Assembly (NCBI GenBank): GCA_963726915.1
Contig: CAVSEA010000010.1
Location: forward strand, 31,223 to 95,222
Direction: 5' to 3'
DNA length: 64,000 nt
Origin: an uncultured beta proteobacterium
Lineage (GTDB): Bacteria > Pseudomonadota > Gammaproteobacteria > Burkholderiales > Casimicrobiaceae
The notes beneath the pieces are model-generated. The model was not told the DNA's origin and did no database searches. It was given only the letters and a program-made list of their open reading frames with translations. This document shows, piece by piece, positions 1 to 10,426 of this stretch. Position numbers and translations under genes: made by a program. Positions within the stretch are counted from its first letter, which is position 1; every line of letters starts with the position of its first letter.

Positions 1-1214
1 TCATCGGTGTGGCCGGCGCGGCAGAGTCGTGGACCAAGGATTGGGCGTCGCTGCTGGACAAGGCGTCCGCGCGGTTTTCGCCCGCAACGACGCAGGCGAT
101 CGATGCCGCGCTGCTCGTGTACACCAGCGGCACCACCGGTCCGCCCAAAGGCGCGCTGATGCCGCACCAGTGCCTGCTCGGCAACCTCCCCGGATTCGTG
201 TATTCGCACAACCTGTTTCCGCAGCCTGGCGACGTATTCTGGTCACCGGCCGACTGGGCCTGGACCGGCGGCCTCATGGACGCACTGCTGCCGACGCTGT
301 TTTTCGGTTGCCCCATCGTCGGCTTTCGCGGGCGCTTCGATCCGGAGCGCGCGTTGCGCCTGATGGAGGACTATCGCGTCACCAGCGCGTTCCTGTTTCC
401 GACCGCGCTGAAGATGATCATGAAGGCCGTCCCCGAACCACGCCGTCAGCACGCGCTGCAGTTGCGCAGCATCATGAGCGCCGGCGAGGCCGTGGGCACG
501 ACCGTGTTCGCCTGGGCCCAGGATGCGCTCGGCGTGACCATCAACGAGATGTTCGGGCAGACCGAGATGAACTACATCGTCGGCAATTCGCACACGCAGT
601 GGCCGGCGAAACCCGGATCGATGGGCCGGCCCTACCCCGGCCATCGGATTGCGATCATCGATGACGCGGGGGCGGAAGTCGGCACGGGCGAAGTCGGTGA
701 CGTGGCGATGCACCGCCTTGGAACCGACGGCACGCCGGATCCGGTGTTCTTCCTCGAGTACTTCAGGAACCCCGAGGGCACCGCCCGAAAATTCAGCGGC
801 GACTGGTGTCGTACTGGCGATCTGGCCACGCAGGATGCGGACGGCTACCTTTGGTATCAGGGCCGCGCGGACGACATGTTCAAGGCGGCGGGATATCGCA
901 TCGGTCCGTCCGAGATCGAGAATTGTCTGATCAAGCACCCTGCCGTCGCCAACGCCGCCGTCGTGCCGAGTCCCGACGAAACGCGCGGCAACGTCGTGAA
1001 GGCTTTCATCGTGCTCGCGCCCGGCATCGCCGCATCGCCGCTGCTGGAAGAAGACATTCAGCGGCACGTGCGCAAGTTTCTCGCGCCCTATGAGTACCCG
1101 AAGGAAATCGAATTCATCGACGCGTTGCCGATGACGACGACGGGCAAGGTGCAACGGCGCGTCCTGCGCCTGCGCGAACTTGAGCGCAAGACAGGGAAAG
1201 CATCCACCCCCTGA
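1..1214 (+). CDS. AMP-dependent acyl-CoA synthetase/ligase, 5' end outside window
   Basis: The ORF is open to the window edge. It has the AMP-binding signature LVYTSGTTGPPKGALMPH, plus GYRIGPSEIE and the C-terminal PMTTTGKVQRRVL typical of adenylate-forming enzymes. Confidence 0.85.
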   Translation, partial: IGVAGAAESWTKDWASLLDKASARFSPATTQAIDAALLVYTSGTTGPPKGALMPHQCLLGNLPGFVYSHNLFPQPGDVFWSPADWAWTGGLMDALLPTLFFGCPIVGFRGRFDPERALRLMEDYRVTSAFLFPTALKMIMKAVPEPRRQHALQLRSIMSAGEAVGTTVFAWAQDALGVTINEMFGQTEMNYIVGNSHTQWPAKPGSMGRPYPGHRIAIIDDAGAEVGTGEVGDVAMHRLGTDGTPDPVFFLEYFRNPEGTARKFSGDWCRTGDLATQDADGYLWYQGRADDMFKAAGYRIGPSEIENCLIKHPAVANAAVVPSPDETRGNVVKAFIVLAPGIAASPLLEEDIQRHVRKFLAPYEYPKEIEFIDALPMTTTGKVQRRVLRLRELERKTGKASTP

Positions 1215-1223
1215 ACCGCGGCG

Positions 1224-1826
1224 TCAGTGCGAACGCGGCCGCGACACGCCGGCATGGTGTTCCAGAAATCGCCGGTGCATAAGTACCCAGACGATCGCGG
1301 GTGCCGCGGTGGGCAGGATCAAGGTGCCGAACTGATAGCTGAAGATGATCAGCTCGCGCTGCCATGGACCAAACCCCAGCTGCGACACAAGCGCGGGTTC
1401 GCTCGTCAGGTTCTTCAGGAAATCGGCGACGACGCTGAAAGTCTGGACCGGAACCAGCACGGCGTAGCCGATCGCCAGGTTGCGCATGGTGTGCGCTTCG
1501 CGTGCGGCGAGTGTCAGCGCCGCGAATAGCGGCAGGCCGAACGAGAACAGGCGCACATTGCTCGGCACCTCCAGCACGGCCTGCGCCCCGGCGGCGATCG
1601 CGGCGCCCTCGGGCCGCAGCGAAGTAACAAAGGTGATCATCTCGATGTTCTGTTCGACGCCCCGCACCAGATCGCCGAATCCGATCCGGGTGACCAGGCT
1701 CGACAGGACCGTCACCGGCCACGCCAGGATCGGCGTGGCGAGCCACCACAGGAAAAACGCCGGAGCCAGCCACGCCACGACCAGGAACAGAAATGACGCG
1801 AGCGACCTGGCGGGCACTTGCGGCAC
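1224..1826 (-). CDS. polytopic membrane protein, probable exosortase H-associated membrane protein
   Basis: 200 aa with several hydrophobic spans (FLFLVVAWLAPAFFLWWLATPILAWPV...). It starts 8 nt after the xrtH stop. Assignment is by adjacency and topology only. Confidence 0.5.
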   Translation of the reverse strand: MPQVPARSLASFLFLVVAWLAPAFFLWWLATPILAWPVTVLSSLVTRIGFGDLVRGVEQNIEMITFVTSLRPEGAAIAAGAQAVLEVPSNVRLFSFGLPLFAALTLAAREAHTMRNLAIGYAVLVPVQTFSVVADFLKNLTSEPALVSQLGFGPWQRELIIFSYQFGTLILPTAAPAIVWVLMHRRFLEHHAGVSRPRSH

Positions 1827-1833
1827 GATCCGG

Positions 1834-2337
1834 TCAGGCGATCGCGGGCGCGGCCCGCGGCAGCGCGCGCACCCAGAGCAGCCAGACGATCATGACGTCG
1901 AGCATGATCAGCGCCTGCCAGACGTACAGGTGCGCCCACTCGAACACCTTGAAGTTCCATTGGCCGAGGTAGAACAGGCTGACGACGCGGACGATGTTGA
2001 GCCCCTGCACGGCCACGATCCCGACGGCCAGCCCGATGAGCTTGTTTCTCCACGACGCCGGAAACGCGAGGATCGCCGCGATGAGAACGATGGTGGCCTC
2101 GACGCCGTTGCAACCGGCCTCGATCGCCACGGCAAAGCCGTTGTCGGCGCTCTGCAGCACCTTGCCGTGCGCGAGCACCTGCGGATCGAACAACTTGACG
2201 ATGCCGGCGCAGATGGCTGCCAAGGTATTCGTCCACGGCACGACGACCCACTGCTGACCCCAGGGCGTCAGTTCGAATCCGAAGAGTCCTGCCTGGATGA
2301 TCAGAAACAGGACGAAGAAGCGCACCATCGGCGGCAA
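1834..2337 (-). CDS. xrtH: minimal exosortase, XrtH-like
   Basis: 167-aa all-membrane protein. It carries an exosortase-type Cys motif (AIEAGCNGVEATIVL) followed by conserved Arg (NIVRVV) and His (EWAHLYVW). Size and motif order fit the small exosortase H class. Confidence 0.6.
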   Translation of the reverse strand: MPPMVRFFVLFLIIQAGLFGFELTPWGQQWVVVPWTNTLAAICAGIVKLFDPQVLAHGKVLQSADNGFAVAIEAGCNGVEATIVLIAAILAFPASWRNKLIGLAVGIVAVQGLNIVRVVSLFYLGQWNFKVFEWAHLYVWQALIMLDVMIVWLLWVRALPRAAPAIA

Positions 2338-2359
2338 TTCTACGCGACGCCCGCCATGG

Positions 2360-3640
2360 TCAGCCGAGCTTCGCGCGGGCGAGTGGCGGATTCTGCGCGA
2401 AGTACCGCTTGACGCCGCCGTGGATCGATTCCGCGAAGCGCTGCTGGTGCAAGTCGCTTTTCAGTTTCAACTCTTCATCGGGGTTGGAGATGAACGCGGT
2501 TTCGACCAGGATGGACGGAATGTCGGGCGCCTTGAGCACCGCAAAGCCGGCCTGTTCGACCGTGCCCCGGTGCAGCGGATTGTTCGCGCCGATGCCGTCG
2601 AGCACCGAACGGCCGACCCGCAGGCTGTCGTTGATCTGCGCGGTCTGCGACAGGTCGAGCATGGTCTGTGCGAGCATCGGTTCGCGATGATCCAGGTTGA
2701 CGCCGCCGATCAGGTCGGCTTCGTTTTCGCGCTGGGCCAGCCAGCGCGCGGCAGCGCTCGATGCTCCGCGATCCGACAAGGCGAAAACCGAAGCTCCCCG
2801 CGCAGTCGGCGTCGTGAACGCATCGGCATGCAGCGAAATGAAAAGGTCGGCCTGCACGCGCCTTGCCTTCTGCACGCGCGCGTTGAGCGCAACGTAGTAA
2901 TCGTCGTCGCGCGTAAGCATGGCGCGCATGCCCGGCTCGGCGTCGATGAGTGTCTTGAGCCGGCGCCCGATGGCGAGCGTGACATCCTTCTCGAGGGTAC
3001 CGCGGCGGCCGACCGCTCCCGGATCCTCGCCGCCGTGTCCGGGATCGATTGCCACGATGATCGGGCGTCGCGTCGCGCCGGCGGACTTGGCGCGTGTGGA
3101 CTCGGAGGCCGCGGCCGTCTTGTCGGCTGCCTCGCGGCCGGCGCGCTCGCTCTCGAGCAATGCCATCAGGGGATCGGGCGGAGTCAGCGAATACAGGTCG
3201 AGTACGACGCGATGGCCATGCTCGCCATACGGCTGCAAGGCGAACAGTTGCGGATTCACTTCGGTCTTGAGGTCGAGCACGATGCGCAGCACGCCCGGCT
3301 TGAAGCGTCCGACGCGGATCGACTGGATATACGGATCGCCAGGGTGCACCAGCCGGGGGAGTTGCTCGATTTCACCGGTCAATTCGACATCGTCGAGATC
3401 GAGCACGAGCCGCGAAGGCTGCTTGATCGCGAGCATCTGGTGCGCGATCGGCGCACCCGATTCGAGGATGAGGCGAGTGTATTCCTGCGCCGGCCACACT
3501 CGCGCCGAGGCGACGGTCGCCGCCAGAGCCGGCGAGGGCAGAAGCCATTGCGCCGCGGGGAGCAGCAACCAGCTACAGGCCCGCCGCCGCGAGAGCGAGA
3601 CGCGGTCTACTTTACGCACGGGGCGAGCGCGGTGAGGCAC
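2360..3640 (-). CDS. amiC: N-acetylmuramoyl-L-alanine amidase (AmiC-like)
   Basis: Twin-arginine-like leader (LSRRRACSWLLL) and an AMIN-type N-domain. Amidase_3 motifs are present: IVAIDPGHGGEDPGAVG, FISLHADAF, VLKAPDIPSILVETAFISN. The start could be GTG 3640 or GTG 3619. Confidence 0.9.
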   Translation of the reverse strand: MPHRARPVRKVDRVSLSRRRACSWLLLPAAQWLLPSPALAATVASARVWPAQEYTRLILESGAPIAHQMLAIKQPSRLVLDLDDVELTGEIEQLPRLVHPGDPYIQSIRVGRFKPGVLRIVLDLKTEVNPQLFALQPYGEHGHRVVLDLYSLTPPDPLMALLESERAGREAADKTAAASESTRAKSAGATRRPIIVAIDPGHGGEDPGAVGRRGTLEKDVTLAIGRRLKTLIDAEPGMRAMLTRDDDYYVALNARVQKARRVQADLFISLHADAFTTPTARGASVFALSDRGASSAAARWLAQRENEADLIGGVNLDHREPMLAQTMLDLSQTAQINDSLRVGRSVLDGIGANNPLHRGTVEQAGFAVLKAPDIPSILVETAFISNPDEELKLKSDLHQQRFAESIHGGVKRYFAQNPPLARAKLG

Positions 3641-4089
3641 GCGCTACCCGCCGGCGTCCGCGCCGCCGCGCGCAGCGTGCGGCCCGCACCATCGGTTTCG
3701 AGTGCGAGCGCGAGATCGACCACAGGCAGCCACGACGCGACCCGTTCCGGCCATTCGATCACGCAGGTCGCGGCGGGGTGAAAGTACTCCGAAAAGCCGG
3801 AACTGTCCCATTCATCGGGATCGCCGAAGCGATAAAAATCAAAGTGATAGAAGTATAAGCTCGAAAACGCATAATGTTCAACCAGGGCATAGGTGGGGCT
3901 TTTCACCGCGCCCGCCCATCCCAGGCCGCGCAACATGCCTCGCACCAGTGTTGTCTTGCCGGCACCGAGTTCGCCGGACAGTGTCACGACCATGCCGCCC
4001 ACCAGTGCCGGCGCCATACGTTCACCGGCGGCGATGGTGGCCGCGGCGTCGGGGAGGCTGGCCGAGCGCTCTTCTATAATCGCTGACAT
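3607..4089 (-). CDS. tsaE: tRNA threonylcarbamoyladenosine biosynthesis ATPase TsaE
   Basis: P-loop LSGELGAGKTTLVRG followed by VKSPTYALVEHY and YHFDFYR. ATG at 4089 was chosen because the upstream part of the ORF is Arg-rich non-coding-like sequence. Confidence 0.85.
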   Translation of the reverse strand: MSAIIEERSASLPDAAATIAAGERMAPALVGGMVVTLSGELGAGKTTLVRGMLRGLGWAGAVKSPTYALVEHYAFSSLYFYHFDFYRFGDPDEWDSSGFSEYFHPAATCVIEWPERVASWLPVVDLALALETDGAGRTLRAAARTPAGSACLTALAPCVK

Positions 4090-4091
4090 GG

Positions 4092-5222
4092 TTGGCGGGA
4101 GAATCATTGTCGACGGCACCGAATTCCGATCCTGACTTTGCAGCGCTGTCCGCGGACATCGGGACCTGGGGACGCGAACTCGGCTTCGCCGAAATCGGCA
4201 TCGCAGACACCGAACTGTCGGTCGAGGAAGCGCGACTGCTGGCGTGGCTCGACGCCGGCCGTCACGGCGAAATGGATTATATGGCACGCCACGGCGTGCG
4301 CCGCGCGCGTCCCGCCGAGCTGGTGCCCGGAACGCTGCGCGTGATCAGCGCCCGCCTCGATTACCTCCCGCCCGATGCGCGCGCCGGCGAATCCGTGCTT
4401 GCCGACACGCGCAAGGCCTACGTCTCGCGCTATGCGCTTGGCCGCGACTATCACAAGGTGCTGCGCGAACGCCTGCAGCGCCTGGCCGAGCGCATCGGCG
4501 ACGCGGTCGGCGACTACCGCTACCGCGTGTTCACCGACAGCGCACCGGTGCTCGAGGTCGCGCTGGCGGCCAAGGCAGGGCTGGGCTGGCGCGGCAAGCA
4601 CACGCTGCTGTTGACGCGCGAGGCCGGCTCCTTTTTCTTCCTTGGCGAGATCTACACCGATCTGCCGCTACCCGTCACTCCCCCAGCGACCTCGCATTGC
4701 GGCAGTTGCCGCGCGTGTCTCGATGCGTGTCCGACCGGCGCGATCGTCGCGCCCTACGAACTCGACGCGCGCCGCTGCATCTCGTACCTGACCATCGAGC
4801 TCAAGGGCAGCATCCCCGAGGACTTGCGGCGATTGATCGGCAATCGCGTCTACGGTTGCGACGATTGCCAGCTCGTCTGTCCGTGGAACAAGTACGCGCA
4901 GCCAAGCCCGGAACCCGACTTCGTCGTCCGCAACGGACTCGACGACACCGCCCTGGTCGAACTGTTCGCGTGGTCCGAATCCGACTTCGACTTGCGTCTT
5001 CGCGGCAGCGCCATCCGCCGCATCGGCTTCGAGCGCTGGTTGCGCAATCTCGCGGTGGGCATGGGCAACGCCGGCCACGACGAGGCGATTGTCGCCGCGT
5101 TGGAACGGCGGCGCGACGATCCCTCGCCGCTGGTGCGCGAGCACGTCGCGTGGGCGCTGGCGGAACAGCACATCAAGCGCCGCTCGAGCGAGCGCGAGCA
5201 CATCGAACCGAACCCGGTGTGA
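4092..5222 (+). CDS. queG: epoxyqueuosine reductase QueG
   Basis: Two 4Fe-4S ferredoxin motifs (CGSCRACLDACPTGAI, CDDCQLVCPWNK), the GEMDYMARH motif and C-terminal HEAT-like repeats. TTG start. Confidence 0.9.
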   Translation: MAGESLSTAPNSDPDFAALSADIGTWGRELGFAEIGIADTELSVEEARLLAWLDAGRHGEMDYMARHGVRRARPAELVPGTLRVISARLDYLPPDARAGESVLADTRKAYVSRYALGRDYHKVLRERLQRLAERIGDAVGDYRYRVFTDSAPVLEVALAAKAGLGWRGKHTLLLTREAGSFFFLGEIYTDLPLPVTPPATSHCGSCRACLDACPTGAIVAPYELDARRCISYLTIELKGSIPEDLRRLIGNRVYGCDDCQLVCPWNKYAQPSPEPDFVVRNGLDDTALVELFAWSESDFDLRLRGSAIRRIGFERWLRNLAVGMGNAGHDEAIVAALERRRDDPSPLVREHVAWALAEQHIKRRSSEREHIEPNPV

Positions 5223-5232
5223 ACCGGTATTG

Positions 5233-6921
5233 CTAAAGCGCGAAAGCTGTCGCGAGAGAGACCGTATAGACTCGCGCCGATCCATCTTCAAGTGCGTCTG
5301 CATCGAGCCAGCGCGTCCGCATGGTCAGTCGTACCTCTTTGACGTCCGAAGGGCACGCCACGATCGGCGACAGCAGCACCGACTCGGGGGCGTAGGCGTC
5401 GAAACCGGCGAGCTCGCGCCCATCGGTCCAGATGGCGACCCGAAATGGCCGGGAGCCGACTGCGACATAGATCCGCATCAGAACCAGCAGCGACCCAGGC
5501 GCGTTGACCGGCACCACGAACGAAGGCTCTGCGCAAACCGGCGAAGCGGCGCGCAACTGGTCCGGCGCCGTGTTCAACGCCCACTCCGCGGGCGAAAACG
5601 TCGCATAGATGGTCTCCGTTGCGCTGGTCTGGATGTCGGGCAGCAGCGCGCTTGACGCGTCGAGCAGGCGCGCAACGCGTGGCGGAAATGCACAGACGAC
5701 GTTGTCCTTTACCGGATAGTCCAGCGCCAGACGCGCACCGGCGGCGGCACTGCGTACACCGCGCTTGCGCACGGCCAGCGACACCTGCGCGCCAAAGATG
5801 TCGGCGACGCCCATTTGGAAATCGGCCGAAGCGCGGTCCGACGGCAGCGCGGCCAGCGCATCGACCGTCGCCGCACATAGCGCCGCGATGTCTTCGCCAT
5901 CCGGCACGCCGAATCCCATGCCGCGATCGATCGCGCTCATTTCGCCAGCGGCCTCGGCAATGCGCCGCGTCATCTCCGCGGTCAGCCAGCGTTTGCAGTC
6001 CGGCGCATTCGCGAGCGCGCGATCGAGCAACTCGTACTCGAAGGCCTCCATGCAGGCGTCGGTGTTGACCGTGCCCCAGACGGGCGTGCAAGCCGCGGCC
6101 AACGCGCAGCACAGCGCGCCGAGCGGGATGGTCTGGTTCTCCACCATGCCGAACAGCGTTTCCGGTCGCGTGTTCGGGAACGGCTCCGCGACCGTGCGCA
6201 TGATGCCGAGCCGAATCAACGCCTGCTCCAGCGCGCCATATTGCTCGATTCGGTTGGCACGAAAGCGGTAGTGGCAGAATTGCCGGCGACAGGGTTCGTT
6301 CTCCAGGAGCAGCAGTCCGCCCGGCGCGAGCACGCGCACCATTTCCGCGAGCACGCGCTGCCAGCGCCACGTATGGTGCAATGCCGAGCAGATATAGACG
6401 AAATCGAACTGCTCGTCCGCGTACGGCAGGTGGTGGAAGTCGCCCGCGACGCAGGTTGTCCCTTCCGTCGGCAATCCCTGCTGCGCAGCAAGCCTGCGGC
6501 CCAGGCGCAGCGTACTCGGAGAAATGTCGAGCAGATCGGTGCGCGCACCGAGTCGATCGAACAGCATGTAACCCGTCGCGTGTGCGTAGGCGGCCACTTC
6601 GAGAATACGCAGATCCTGCGTGCGATCCATGCCCGCGTCCGCGATCAGCCGGGCCACGACGGCATAGTGCTCCTCACTGACGGCAGCCAGTCGCGGGTCG
6701 ACAGTGAGTGAATGCCATGCGAACTCGCCCAGTATGGGGACAAGTTCCGGATCGAGGCCACCCCGATCGCTCGCGTCGCCATCCGCGAAACGCGGCGTCG
6801 CCTGCGGCGATGCGGTCCAGACGCTCGCATCGAGCAGCGACGCGTCGCGATACGACCGCTGAGGGAGCCGCGCTTGCCAGTTTCGCAGCCGCCCCAGCAC
6901 CGCCCGGCCGAAACTCAGCAT
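5233..6921 (-). CDS. class I SAM-dependent methyltransferase with ~330-aa C-terminal region of unknown function
   Basis: Methyltransf_11-like core: ILEVAAYAHATGYML...LLDISPS...FDFVYICSALHHTWRWQRVLAEMVRVLAPGGLLLLENEP. I recognise no motif in the rest of the protein. Confidence 0.7.
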   Translation of the reverse strand: MLSFGRAVLGRLRNWQARLPQRSYRDASLLDASVWTASPQATPRFADGDASDRGGLDPELVPILGEFAWHSLTVDPRLAAVSEEHYAVVARLIADAGMDRTQDLRILEVAAYAHATGYMLFDRLGARTDLLDISPSTLRLGRRLAAQQGLPTEGTTCVAGDFHHLPYADEQFDFVYICSALHHTWRWQRVLAEMVRVLAPGGLLLLENEPCRRQFCHYRFRANRIEQYGALEQALIRLGIMRTVAEPFPNTRPETLFGMVENQTIPLGALCCALAAACTPVWGTVNTDACMEAFEYELLDRALANAPDCKRWLTAEMTRRIAEAAGEMSAIDRGMGFGVPDGEDIAALCAATVDALAALPSDRASADFQMGVADIFGAQVSLAVRKRGVRSAAAGARLALDYPVKDNVVCAFPPRVARLLDASSALLPDIQTSATETIYATFSPAEWALNTAPDQLRAASPVCAEPSFVVPVNAPGSLLVLMRIYVAVGSRPFRVAIWTDGRELAGFDAYAPESVLLSPIVACPSDVKEVRLTMRTRWLDADALEDGSARVYTVSLATAFAL

Positions 6922-6973
6922 TGCGGACGTAGCGGCGCGCCGCGACCGCGTGGTTTGCGAGGACTCTTTAACA

Positions 6974-8177
6974 TTATCGGATGAGTTGATTCATCGACAC
7001 GATGGGCAGCATCACCGCGAGCACCAGGATCAACACGATCGCGCCCATCACCACGATCAGCAGCGGTTGCACCAGCGCCGCAAGCCAGGTCAGGCGTCGC
7101 TCGACGTCGTCCTCCTGCCCGCGCGCGGCGCGCGCAAGCATCTCCGGCAGCTGTCCGCTTTGCTCGCCGTTCGCGACGAGGTGCACCAGCAGCGGCGGAA
7201 ACACGCGCTCGCTGGCGAGCGAGCGCGACAGCGTCACTCCCTCACGCACGTGGGCGGCCGCGGAGTGGGCCGCGCGCCGGATCGGCCGCGCCCAGATGAC
7301 GTCCGCCGCCGTCTCCAGCGCTCGCAGCAGCGGCGCGCCGCTGCCGGTGAGTATCGCCAGCGTACTGGCGAAGCGCGCCGCATCGAGTCCCTTGAGCACC
7401 TTGCCGATCACCGGCAAGCGCAGCAGGAACGACTGCCAGCGCTCGCGCCAGGCCTCCCTGCGCAGCAACAGCGACGCGACAATCGCGAGCAGCAACGCTC
7501 GCACCCAGCCAGTACCAGCCGGTTGCGCGCAGAAAATCGCTGGTGGCAATCAATGCCCGCGTCAGGAACGGCAGCGTCTGGCGGCTTTGCTGATACACCG
7601 CGACAATCTGCGGTACGACGTAGAGCAGCAACGTCGCGATCACCGCCGTGGCGATTACCGTGATCAACGCCGGATAAATGAGCGCCGTGGTGAATTTGGC
7701 GCGCAGCGCCTGGCGCGCCTCGAGGTAGTCCGCGAGGCGCGCCAGAACCTCGCCAAGCTGGCCGGTCTCGCTGCCGACGGCGACGAGTCCCCGGTAGAGC
7801 TCCGAGAACGTGCGTGGAAAGCGCGACAATGCCGCGGCGAGCGGCTCGCCCGCGCCGACCTGCTCGCGAATCGCTTCGAGCATGCGGGCCGCACCCGGAT
7901 GGTCGGACTGCTCGCCGACGGCCGCGAGCGCCTGGTCGAGCGGCATCCCCGATGCGACCAGCGTCGCCAGCTGCCGCGTCGTGAGTGCAAGCGTCGCCGC
8001 GCCGAGCCGGGTTGCCTCTGTGCGCCTGATCGCGACCGTCTGTACCGGATCGATCGCGGTGGGAAACAGCCCGTCGCCGCGCAGCCGCTCGCGGGCCGCG
8101 CGCGCGTCCACCGCATCGAGCATGCCGCGACGAGGCTTCCCCGCTGCGTCGACCGCTTCGTAGCGAAACGCGGCCAT
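6974..8177 (-). pseudogene. gspF: type II secretion inner-membrane platform protein GspF, frame broken once (near 7499)
   Basis: The N-part (ORF 7242..8177) reads MAAFRYEAVDAAGK...QLATLVASGMPLDQAL...FLRATGWYWLGA. It continues in the -1 register (ORF 6974..7549) as LLLAIVASLLL...LPVIGKV...VQPLLIVVMGAIVLILVLAVMLPI. Total length is 3n+1. Confidence 0.85.
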
Positions 8178-8194
8178 CGTCTCCGCCCTGCCCG

Positions 8195-8886
8195 TTAGCG
8201 CCCGAATCCGCGCAACGGCGCGCGCAGCAGGAACTGGCTCGGCTTGCCGAGCATCAGGTTGACCATCTCATCGAGCACCGGCGTGTCGAGCGCGTCGGGA
8301 GCGAAATCGAGGATGACCGGCTCGAAGCGATCGACATTGCGCAAGGTCACGATGATGCTGTCGTTGACGAAGTCCGGATCGAAGCGCGCTTCGCAGCGCA
8401 GCCCGGCGGAGATGTGAATCAGGTTGTGCGTCGCCGCACCCCGAACGGTCGAGTCGGTTTCGCAGCGAAACGCGATGTTGGCGGCATTGAGCATGCGCTC
8501 GACTTCGGCGGAGCGTCGCATCGCGACGCGAACCGGCGCCGGCGCCTGCCCCTTGAGCGTGTAATACACGACGACATGCTCGTACGCTTCCCGCGCCGGC
8601 AGCGACTGCTTGCGAAACATGACCGCGCCATGATCGAAGCTCATCCCTGCATAATGCGCAATTTGCGGCAGCGTGAACGTCCGGTCGATGCCGGGACCGA
8701 TGATCGACAGCAGCTTGCACGCCTCGTCGAAGTACTGGAACACGGCGTGCAGCCGGCGGTCGACGCGGTCGACAACCTCGCGCGAAAGCGCCTGCTCCCG
8801 AACGCGGTTGGCGCTGACCGACTCCGCCTGCGCGCGAAGTTGCTCGAGCAGGTGCGACTTCGGTGACTTCGCCACGCCGGCGACGC

Positions 8887-8890
<4 letters not shown>
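8195..8890 (-). CDS. hypothetical cytoplasmic protein embedded between gspE and gspF
   Basis: Strong GC3 coding bias, no TM segment and no signal peptide. TTG at 8890 overlaps the gspE stop (TTGA); the alternative start is GTG 8875. It ends 15 nt before the gspF start. Confidence 0.6.
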
Positions 8891-10417
<1,527 letters not shown>

Positions 10418-10426
10418 GGCTGTCCG

